From an uncultured Actinomycetota bacterium (GTDB lineage: Bacteria > Actinomycetota > Actinomycetes > Propionibacteriales > Propionibacteriaceae): a stretch of DNA of 64,000 nt. The notes beneath the pieces were generated by a model. It searched no databases. It saw only the letters and a list, made by a program, of their open reading frames with translations, and was not told where the DNA came from. Position numbers and translations under genes: made by a program. Of this stretch, positions 56,701 to 64,000 are shown piece after piece; the first letter of the stretch is position 1, and each line of letters starts with the position of its first letter. The DNA lies in contig CAVUZU010000009.1 in the NCBI GenBank assembly GCA_963746025.1, positions 133,727 through 197,726 of the forward strand, written 5' to 3'.

Positions 56701-59088
56701 TCAGCGCGGCCCTGGATCCTCCGGCTGCTCGGACTCGCCCGGCGGTTCGGGATCCTCCGATTGTTCGGGGCCGGAGGAGACGTAGAGCTCGATGGTGGAG
56801 AAGGCGGGGACCCGGCCGCTGGTCTGACTGAAGCCGATCAGCTCGCCCTCGGGCACGGTCGCGCTGGGCCGGCGGGTGCGCCGGACGGTGAAGCCGGCGT
56901 CCTCGAGTTCGTCGATCGCCTCGTCGATGGACAGCCCGCTGAGCTCCGGCAGGTCGACCAACGCACCGGTCTCGATCTCCCGGGGCGGCTTGTTGAAGCG
57001 CGTCTCCGGCAGGTCCTCGAGGTAGCGCTGCATGGTCGGCTTCCAGATCAGGCTGCCGGCGTCGCCGCCACCACTGCCCTCCAGCCGGACCCCGGTGTCG
57101 GTCTCGTAGCCGAGCACGCCCTTGCTCCGGTACGGCTTGTCGCCCTTGCGGAACGGCACCTTCCGGTTGTCGATCGCGATCATCGCCACCCCCGCGGCAT
57201 CCGGGGTGTAGCCGGCGAAGGAGACCGTGTAGTTGTCGTCGGTGGTGCCGGTCTTGCCGGCCTGGGGCCGGCCGTCCTCGAGCCGGGCCGGCCGCCCGGT
57301 GCCGTTGTTGATCACGCCGGACAGCAACTCGTTCATCCCGTCGGCCACGTCGGTCGGGATCACCCGGCGGCAGTTGCCGTCCGGCACCTTGAGCGCCTTG
57401 CCGGCGCTGGTGGTCACCTTCTCCAGCACGATCGGGTCGCAGTGCACACCGCGGGCGGCGAAGGTCGCGTACGCCTCGGCCAGCTTCATCGGGGCGATCT
57501 CGGCGGTGCCGAGGGTGAACGACGGCATCGTGTCGTAGGCACTGATCGGCAGTTCCTCGGTGCTGCTTTCCATGCCCAGCTTCTCGGTCAGTTCGACGAT
57601 GTCGCACATGCCGACGTCCAGGGCCAACTGCACGAAGTAGGTGTTGGTGGACTGCTCGGCCGCCCGGCGCATGTCCATCACGCCCTCGGCCTGGGTCGAG
57701 TTCCGGACCGGGAACTTCCCGGTCTTGACCCGCCCCTCGCAGGAGTCGAAGGTGCGGCCGGTGAAGTCCATCCGCGACCTGGCGTCGTACTTCTTGCTGA
57801 ACGGGATGCCCTGCTCCAACGCCGCCGCCGCGGTGAACGCCTTGAACGTCGACCCGGCCTGGAAGCCCTCCGCTCCGCCCATCTCCGGCGTCGCCGAGTA
57901 GTTGTAGTAGGTCTCGCCCTGCTTGGTGTTGTCGCCCATCTCCGGCCGACTCTGCGCCATCGCCAGGATCAGCCCGGTGCCCGGCTGGATCATGTTCATG
58001 GTGCCGATCACCGAGTCCTTCGGGCCGACCACCTCGCTCAACTGCCGCTGCGCCATGTCCTGCGTCTTGGGATCGATCGCGGTCTCGATCGTCAGGCCGC
58101 CCCGGTTCAGCGTGTGCTCCCGCTCCCCCGGCGTGTTGCCCAGGCTGGGCAGTTGGAGCAGCGTGCGGCGGACGTAGTCGCAGATGAACGGGTAGCGGGA
58201 GTCGACGCAGCCGTTCCGGGTCCGCTGCACGTCTTTCTGGTCGAAGCCGGTGGCCTTGGCCTGCTTGGCCTGGTCCGGCGTGATCAGGTTGAGCTCGGCC
58301 ATCCGGTTGATCACCACGTCCCGCCGGTCCAGCGCGGCGCCGGCGTTCTTCACTGGGTTGGTCTGGTTCGGGTCGCGGACCAGGCCGGCCAGCATCGCCG
58401 CCTGGGGCAGCGTCAGCTTCGCTGCGGTGGTGTTGAAGTAGTGCCGGGCCGCGGCCTCGACGCCGTACGCGCCGTCGCCGAAGTAGGCGATGTTCAGGTA
58501 GCGCTCCAGGATCTCGTCCTTGGAGAACTTCTCCTCCAGCGCGATCGCGTACCGCAGCTCGCGGATCTTCCGCTGATAGCCCTCGATCCCGCTCGACTCG
58601 AGCACGTCGGCAATGCAGGCCTGATCAAGATCACAAGCGTCCAGCAGCACCATCTTCACGTACTGCTGACTGATCGACGAGCCACCTTGGGTGGAGCCGC
58701 CGGAGGAGTTCTGCAGCAGTGCCCGCATCGTGCCGGTCAGGTCCAACGCGCCGTGCTGGTAGAACCGGTGGTCCTCGATCGCCAACTGGGCCTGGACCAT
58801 CACCGGCGCGATCTTGTCCAGCGGCACGTAGATCCGGTTCTGGTCGTAGAAGTGGGTCAGCACGTCACCGTTGCCGAGCAGCACGGTGGACCGCTCCGCC
58901 TGCGGCGGCGTCTCCAGCTCGGCCGGCAGGTTGTCCAGCTCCGCGGCGGCCGCCTGTCCGGTCGCGCCGGACAATCCGGCGATCGGCACGAACAGGCCCG
59001 CCACCAACACCCCGGCCAGCACGCTGACCACTGCGAACATCACGAACGACGAGACGACCTTGACGACACGCTTCGGGGTAACGGGCAT
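56701..59088 (-). CDS. Class A penicillin-binding protein (transglycosylase-transpeptidase, C-terminal PASTA)
   Basis: AIEDHRFYQH, QGGSSISQQYVK, RKIRE, GSTFK, STN, GKTGT. Confidence 0.95.
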   Translation of the reverse strand: MPVTPKRVVKVVSSFVMFAVVSVLAGVLVAGLFVPIAGLSGATGQAAAAELDNLPAELETPPQAERSTVLLGNGDVLTHFYDQNRIYVPLDKIAPVMVQAQLAIEDHRFYQHGALDLTGTMRALLQNSSGGSTQGGSSISQQYVKMVLLDACDLDQACIADVLESSGIEGYQRKIRELRYAIALEEKFSKDEILERYLNIAYFGDGAYGVEAAARHYFNTTAAKLTLPQAAMLAGLVRDPNQTNPVKNAGAALDRRDVVINRMAELNLITPDQAKQAKATGFDQKDVQRTRNGCVDSRYPFICDYVRRTLLQLPSLGNTPGEREHTLNRGGLTIETAIDPKTQDMAQRQLSEVVGPKDSVIGTMNMIQPGTGLILAMAQSRPEMGDNTKQGETYYNYSATPEMGGAEGFQAGSTFKAFTAAAALEQGIPFSKKYDARSRMDFTGRTFDSCEGRVKTGKFPVRNSTQAEGVMDMRRAAEQSTNTYFVQLALDVGMCDIVELTEKLGMESSTEELPISAYDTMPSFTLGTAEIAPMKLAEAYATFAARGVHCDPIVLEKVTTSAGKALKVPDGNCRRVIPTDVADGMNELLSGVINNGTGRPARLEDGRPQAGKTGTTDDNYTVSFAGYTPDAAGVAMIAIDNRKVPFRKGDKPYRSKGVLGYETDTGVRLEGSGGGDAGSLIWKPTMQRYLEDLPETRFNKPPREIETGALVDLPELSGLSIDEAIDELEDAGFTVRRTRRPSATVPEGELIGFSQTSGRVPAFSTIELYVSSGPEQSEDPEPPGESEQPEDPGPR

Positions 59089-59113
59089 AACTCCCTGCTC
59101 AGCTGAGGATCTT

Positions 59114-59279
59114 TAGGAAGGTGGTGTTGAGCGGTGGCCGTAGCGAGCAGGTGCCCAGGCGCGTATTGGACAAGGCGGAGGAGAAGGTCGTAGCGGTGCC
59201 CTACGGACGCCGACGACAACGCAGTCCAATACGTGCCTGGGTGCCGCGCAGTAGGTCACCGCTCAATACCACCTTCCTA
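59114..59279. mobile_element. MITE-like element with long terminal inverted repeats
   Basis: TA|GGAAGGTGGTGTTGAGCGGTGGCC ... GGTCACCGCTCAATACCACCTTCC|TA, plus inner arms CCCAGGCGCGTATTGGAC / GTCCAATACGTGCCTGGG. Confidence 0.65.
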
Positions 59280-60237
59280 GGACATGTCCGGCCGCCTGGG
59301 CGACGAGGTCCTCATTGTAGGTGGCGTTTCTGTCAGGCCTGCTGGACATGATCGAGATCACCAACGGTGCTGATTTCGGCGGCCAGACGATCGCGATGTC
59401 GTTGATCGTGCCGTAGTCGCCGGTGCCGGTCTTGTTCGCGATCTTCCAGCCCTTCGGCAGCACCGCTTTGATCCGTGCCGCGCCGGTGGTGTTGCGTTCC
59501 AGCAGATCCCGCAGCACGGCTCGCTTCTCCGGCACCAGCGCGTCACCGAGAACGATCTTGTGATAGTCGCCACCCAGCGCCCGCGGCGAGGAGGTGTCCC
59601 GTGGGTCGCCCGGCTCGGCGGAGACGATGTCCGGCTCGATCCGGTCCATCCGGGTCACCGGGTCGCCGAGGCTGCGGGCGAACTCGGTCAGTTCCTTCGG
59701 GCCGCCGAGATCACGCAGCAGCAGGTTGCCCGCGGTGCCGTCGCTGTAGCGCACGGCCGCATCGCACAGCTGCCGGATCGTCATCCCGGTCTTGACGTGT
59801 TTCCTGGTGATCATGGAGCTCTTCATCAGGTCCCGCTCGCCGTAGCGGACCAGGGATTCCAAGTGGGACAACGGATTGTGGTGTACGACAGCGGCGGCCG
59901 CGAGACCCTTGAACGTCGAGCAGAACGCGAACCGCTCGTCGGCCCGGTGAGTGATCGCCCGGCCCGATCCGGTGTCCCAGGCGAACACGCCGAGCCGGGC
60001 GTCGAGTTTCCGTTCCAGCGCTGCCAGTCGGGCATCGGTCGAGGCCGACGCCGAGGGTCCGGGCGGCTCCGACGGCGTCGGGGTTTCCTTGGCCGTAGGC
60101 GTTTCCGACGGCGTGGGTGCGGGGCTCTGGCCCGGACCGGGCGCGGCCGAGCCACCCGGGCCACAGCCGGCGAGGGGCACCAGGGCGGCCAGGCCGAGGA
60201 AGGAGCGGCGGGCGAGGACGCCGGAGGCTGAGTTCAT
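59263..60237 (-). CDS. bla: Class A beta-lactamase, Tat-exported lipoprotein
   Basis: RRSFL twin-arginine and LAGC lipobox; FCSTFK, SDG, MDRIEP, RDTSSP, KTG. Confidence 0.95.
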   Translation of the reverse strand: MNSASGVLARRSFLGLAALVPLAGCGPGGSAAPGPGQSPAPTPSETPTAKETPTPSEPPGPSASASTDARLAALERKLDARLGVFAWDTGSGRAITHRADERFAFCSTFKGLAAAAVVHHNPLSHLESLVRYGERDLMKSSMITRKHVKTGMTIRQLCDAAVRYSDGTAGNLLLRDLGGPKELTEFARSLGDPVTRMDRIEPDIVSAEPGDPRDTSSPRALGGDYHKIVLGDALVPEKRAVLRDLLERNTTGAARIKAVLPKGWKIANKTGTGDYGTINDIAIVWPPKSAPLVISIMSSRPDRNATYNEDLVAQAAGHVLGRWY

Positions 60238-60283
60238 GATCGTTTCTCCGCAGCGGGTCGGGGATCGGTCGGTCAGCCAGCAT

Positions 60284-60296
60284 ATAACGCTGTTAT
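60284..60296. promoter_or_regulatory. Putative TetR operator upstream of bla
   Basis: Palindrome ATAAC-gct-GTTAT in the tetR-bla spacer. Confidence 0.5.
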
Positions 60297-60313
60297 CCCA
60301 GCATCGAAAAAGC

Positions 60314-60952
60314 TCAGGATTCGATCGCGTCCAGGCCGCGCAACCCGCGCCGCACCGACCGGGCCGCCCGGGCCCGGTCGTCACCGTGCCCGGCGAAGGT
60401 ACTGATCATGCCGTCGGTCACCGACTGCCGGACCTGCTTCGGCTTGAGCATGCCGACCAGGGCCAGGCTGACCGCGCCGTGCCAGAGCAGCCACAGCTGG
60501 TAGGCCAGCCCGACCACGGCCTTGCGGTCCAGGTCACCGAGCCGACCGCTCTCGGCACACCGGCCGACGGCGGCGACCAGCCGGTCCAGCGCCTCGTCGG
60601 CCAACACATCGGTGTGCTCGCTCAGCCGCGGATCGGTGAACATCGCCCGGTAGAGCTCCGGCACGGTCATCCCCCGGACCACGTACACGGCACCGTAGAC
60701 CGCGACATCGGCCACCGGGTCCCGGCTCGTCCCGACCGCGTCGAAGCCGGCCACCAGCTGCCGACAGCCCTGATCCAGCACCGCATGCCAGACACCGTCC
60801 ATGCCCCCGAGATGGGTGTAGACCGCCATCGTCGAGACGCCGACCTCGGCGGCCAGCCGGCGCGCTGTGACCGCCGCCCGACCCTCGGCGGTGAGCACCG
60901 CCAGCGCGGCGGCCACCAGCCGCTCCCGCACCGGCGCGCTCTCGACAGTCAC
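60314..60952 (-). CDS. TetR family regulator (WHG C-terminal domain)
   Basis: VTARRLAAEVGVSTMAVYTHLG HTH; PELYRAMF, WHGAVSL. Confidence 0.92.
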   Translation of the reverse strand: MTVESAPVRERLVAAALAVLTAEGRAAVTARRLAAEVGVSTMAVYTHLGGMDGVWHAVLDQGCRQLVAGFDAVGTSRDPVADVAVYGAVYVVRGMTVPELYRAMFTDPRLSEHTDVLADEALDRLVAAVGRCAESGRLGDLDRKAVVGLAYQLWLLWHGAVSLALVGMLKPKQVRQSVTDGMISTFAGHGDDRARAARSVRRGLRGLDAIES

Positions 60953-60991
60953 CGGGGAATCATCCCACCGTGGAGGATTCCAGCGGCTGCT

Positions 60992-61028
60992 GAGGCTCGA
61001 GTGTCCGTTCCCTGAGCCCGTCGAAGGG
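60992..61028. repeat. Family A REP-like repeat
   Basis: GAGGCTCGAGTGTCCGTTCCCTGAGCCCGTCGAAGGG, similar to 7964-8000. Confidence 0.75.
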
Positions 61029-61128
61029 TGTCACCTCGGGCGCCGAGAAAGCGGCACCAAGGGAGAGGCTTGGGTGTCGCACACCGTTCATAGAGTGTGA
61101 AACTGTCGCCGCGACTTCATCCGAAACG

Positions 61129-62154
61129 CTAGACGACCTGGCGGACCTCGGCGAAGTGGCAGGCGGAGGCGTGATCACCGGCGCCGTCGGGGCGCATGAT
61201 CAACTGCGGCACCTCGACCTCGCACCGGTCCTGGGCCCGCCAGCAGCGGGTGTGGAAGCGGCAGCCGGCCGGCGGGTTGGCCGGGCTGGGCACGTCGCCG
61301 GTGAGCACGATCTGATCCCGGCTGTTGCGCAGCGTCGGGTCGGGCACCGGCACCGCGGACAGCAGGGCCTGGGTGTAAGGGTGGGTGGGCCGGGAGTAGA
61401 TCTGGTCCTCGTCGCCGATCTCGGCCATCGTGCCGAGATACATCACGCCGACCCGGTCCGAGATGTGCCGGACCACCGACAGGTCGTGGGCGATGAAGAT
61501 GTAGGCCAGCCCGAGCTCCTCCTGCAGCCGCTCCAGCAGGTTGACCACCTGCGCCTGCACCGACACGTCCAGCGCAGACACCGGCTCGTCGCAGACCAGG
61601 ATCTTCGGGTTCAGGGCCAGCCCGCGGGCGATCCCGATCCGCTGCCGCTGGCCGCCGGAGAACTGGTGCGGATACCGGTTGATGTGCTCGGGGTTCAGGC
61701 CGACCAGGTCGAGCAGTTCCTGCACCTTGGCCCGGCGCTGCGACGCCGGCAGCACGTCGGGATGGATGTGGAACGGCTCGGCCACGATGTCGCCGACCGT
61801 CTTCCGCGGATTCAGCGACGTGTACGGATCCTGGAAGATCATCTGGATGTCCCGGCGGGCCCGGCGCCAGGCCGACCCGGACAGCCGGGTCACGTCGACG
61901 TCGTCGTACAGCAGTTTGCCGGACTCGCCCTTGCCGGCATGACTGCGGAACGGCTCCTCCAGCCCGACCAGCAGCCGGGCCAGGGTCGACTTGCCGCAAC
62001 CGGACTCCCCCACGATGCCGAGCGTCTCGCCCTTGCGCAGCTCGAAGGAGACCCCGTCGACCGCCTTGACGTAGCCGACGGTCCGGCGCAGCACGCCGGC
62101 CTTGATCGGATAGTGCTTGAACAGATTCTCGGCGCGCAGGATGACGTCGCTCAC
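61129..62154 (-). CDS. Oligopeptide/dipeptide ABC transporter ATP-binding protein (OppF/DppF)
   Basis: [42 protein letters not shown]. Confidence 0.95.
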   Translation of the reverse strand: MSDVILRAENLFKHYPIKAGVLRRTVGYVKAVDGVSFELRKGETLGIVGESGCGKSTLARLLVGLEEPFRSHAGKGESGKLLYDDVDVTRLSGSAWRRARRDIQMIFQDPYTSLNPRKTVGDIVAEPFHIHPDVLPASQRRAKVQELLDLVGLNPEHINRYPHQFSGGQRQRIGIARGLALNPKILVCDEPVSALDVSVQAQVVNLLERLQEELGLAYIFIAHDLSVVRHISDRVGVMYLGTMAEIGDEDQIYSRPTHPYTQALLSAVPVPDPTLRNSRDQIVLTGDVPSPANPPAGCRFHTRCWRAQDRCEVEVPQLIMRPDGAGDHASACHFAEVRQVV

Positions 62155-63308
62155 CGGAGCTCCTCCCCAGGTGCGTATTTGAGCCAGCCTCCGCGCTCCG
62201 ATTCTGCTCCGGGATCGACCCGGGGCCCGTCGCGCGGCGGCTCCGGGATCTCTCCGGCCGACGCGGTGCCGTCCGCCAGCGATTCGGCGAAGTGGCAGGC
62301 GCTGTACCGGTCCGTGCCGACCTCGCGCAGCAAGGGCGCCGGATCCTCCCGGCAGATGTCCTGGGCGTAGCGGCAGCGCGGGTTGAACGCGCACCCGGCC
62401 GGGATGTGCATCAGATTCGGCGGTAGGCCGCCGATCGCCGTCAGGTTCTGCCCCTTCTGATCAAGCCGCGGAATCGACTCCAGCAGGCCCTTGGTGTACG
62501 GATGCAGCGGCTGCGCGTAGAGATCGAACACCTCGGCCGACTCGACGATCTTGCCGGCGTACATCACCGAGATCCGGTCGGCCACATCGGCGACCACGCC
62601 GAGATCATGGGTGATCAGGATCAGCCCCATCCGGCGCTCTTCCTGCAGTTCGGCCAGCAACTGCATGATCTGCGCCTGCACGGTGACGTCCAACGCGGTC
62701 GTCGGCTCGTCGGCGATCAAGATCGCCGGATCGAGCGCGATCGACATCGCGATCATGATCCGTTGCCGCATCCCGCCGGAGAACTGGTGCGGGAAGGCCT
62801 TGACCCGCTGCCGGGCACCGGGGATCTGCACCCGCTCCATCAGCCGGATCGCCTGCTGCAGCGAGTCGGAGCGGTTCATCCCCCGGTGCTTACGGAACAT
62901 CTCGGCGATCTGCCAGCCGACCGGAAACACCGGATTGAGCGCGGACAGTGCGTCCTGGAAGACCATCGCGATCTCGGCCCCGCGGATGGCCCGCCGCCGT
63001 TCCTCGGACAGGGTCAGAATGTCGGTCCCGCAGTAGCGGACCTCGCCGCCGGTGACAAAGCCGGGCGGCGTGTCCAGAATGCCCATGATCGCTTGCGCAG
63101 TCACCGACTTGCCGGAGCCCGACTCGCCCAGGATCGCGAGCGTCTCGCCCTCCCGGAGGTCGAAGGACACCCCGTTGATCGCCTTGGAGTCACCGTCGCG
63201 GGTCCGGAACTCCACGTGCAACTCGTCCACCTCGAGCAGCATGCCGTCGACCGGCTGCCAGTTGGCGCCGGCCGCGACCAAGCGGGTGTCCATCGTGGAC
63301 TCGGTCAT
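62151..63308 (-). CDS. Oligopeptide/dipeptide ABC transporter ATP-binding protein (OppD/DppD)
   Basis: GESGSGKS, FSGGMRQR, ADEPTTALD, GCAFNPRC; GGAGG SD. Confidence 0.95.
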   Translation of the reverse strand: MTESTMDTRLVAAGANWQPVDGMLLEVDELHVEFRTRDGDSKAINGVSFDLREGETLAILGESGSGKSVTAQAIMGILDTPPGFVTGGEVRYCGTDILTLSEERRRAIRGAEIAMVFQDALSALNPVFPVGWQIAEMFRKHRGMNRSDSLQQAIRLMERVQIPGARQRVKAFPHQFSGGMRQRIMIAMSIALDPAILIADEPTTALDVTVQAQIMQLLAELQEERRMGLILITHDLGVVADVADRISVMYAGKIVESAEVFDLYAQPLHPYTKGLLESIPRLDQKGQNLTAIGGLPPNLMHIPAGCAFNPRCRYAQDICREDPAPLLREVGTDRYSACHFAESLADGTASAGEIPEPPRDGPRVDPGAESERGGWLKYAPGEELR

Positions 63309-63355
63309 ACAACCTCCCAATGTGATCAGCGGAGCTGCGGGCCTCCCCAGGAGGG

Positions 63356-64000
63356 TCAGCGGAGCTTCGGGTCGAGCGCGTCGCGGACGGCGTCGCCGAG
63401 CATGATGAACGCCAGCACGGTGATCGACAGGAACAGGCTCGGGAACAGCAGCATGTGCGGTGCGGTCCGGATCAGACCGATGCCGGAGGCCTCGGAGATG
63501 GCCTGGCCCCAGGAGATCGCCGGCGGCTGCAGCCCGATGCCGAGGAACGACAGCGTGCCCTCGGTCGCGATGAACACGCCGAGGTTGATCGTCGCGACGA
63601 CGATCAGCGGTGCGGCGGCGTTCGGCAGGATGTGCTGGAAGATCAACCGGGCCGGGCTGGCGCCCAGTGACCGCGCGGCCTGTACGTAGTCGTTCGGCTT
63701 CACCTGCATCACACTGGACCGCATCACCCGGGCTGTCTGCGGCCAGCTGATGATGGTCATCACCAGGACGACCTTGCCGACCAGCTGCAGGTACGGATCC
63801 CCGGCGTGGTTGGGGAACTGGTAGAGGAACAGCACCCCACCCAAGATCAGCGGGATGGCGAAGAAGATCTCGCCGATCCGGGACAACACCGCGTCCGCCC
63901 AGCCGCTGAGATAGGCGCCCACGGTGCCGACGGTACTGCCGATGATCACCGTCAGTACGGTGGTCATCAGCCCGACGATCAGCGACGACCGGGCGCCGTA
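63356..64000 (-). CDS. Oligopeptide/dipeptide ABC transporter permease (OppC/DppC), 5' end outside the window
   Basis: DYVQAARSLGAS EAA loop, HILPN, LSFLGIG, LGDAVRDALDPK. Confidence 0.93.
   Translation of the reverse strand, partial: YGARSSLIVGLMTTVLTVIIGSTVGTVGAYLSGWADAVLSRIGEIFFAIPLILGGVLFLYQFPNHAGDPYLQLVGKVVLVMTIISWPQTARVMRSSVMQVKPNDYVQAARSLGASPARLIFQHILPNAAAPLIVVATINLGVFIATEGTLSFLGIGLQPPAISWGQAISEASGIGLIRTAPHMLLFPSLFLSITVLAFIMLGDAVRDALDPKLR

Noticed and set aside
63326-63366. 11-bp direct repeat TCAGCGGAGCT around the oppC stop
   Set aside because: Too short; could be chance or a trivial local duplication

Overview
High-GC actinobacterial chromosome segment, probably Propionibacteriales (Microlunatus-like; the taxonomy is inferred from gene content only). 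The backbone is the conserved actinobacterial block pepP / general stress protein / mgtE-N-CBS / DUF1003 / mrp / tatB / htrA / rseA / sigE ... O-methyltransferase / glgC / glgA ... DUF3117 / tag / divIVA-domain / LOG / dapE / dapD ... dapC / fdxA / GNAT / vanW / mshB, followed by a class A PBP, a class A beta-lactamase with a TetR gene, and an opp/dpp ABC operon. Two accessory blocks interrupt it. The first (about 21-29.8 kb) holds ogt, ada-alkA, a glycosyltransferase-like/methyltransferase pair, a SARP regulator with its likely target, and dapA. The second (about 42.1-51 kb) holds a frameshifted solute-binding protein, a circularly permuted ThyX, and a glutamate-cysteine ligase / GshB-like / MAPEG / MFS operon with a divergent LAL regulator. 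That operon is the best candidate for an undescribed system: a glutathione-like or other gamma-glutamyl-peptide synthesis, conjugation and export module in a mycothiol-using organism, with a GshB whose active-site loop is altered. At least four families of short palindromic repeats or MITE-like elements occur. One sits in frame inside alkA, and several supply stop codons. Other points are a likely ATC start codon, a leaderless uORF coupled to lysE, and widespread leaderless gene starts. No rRNA, tRNA, transposase or CRISPR-cas was seen. All product calls come from motif recognition by eye, not database searches.
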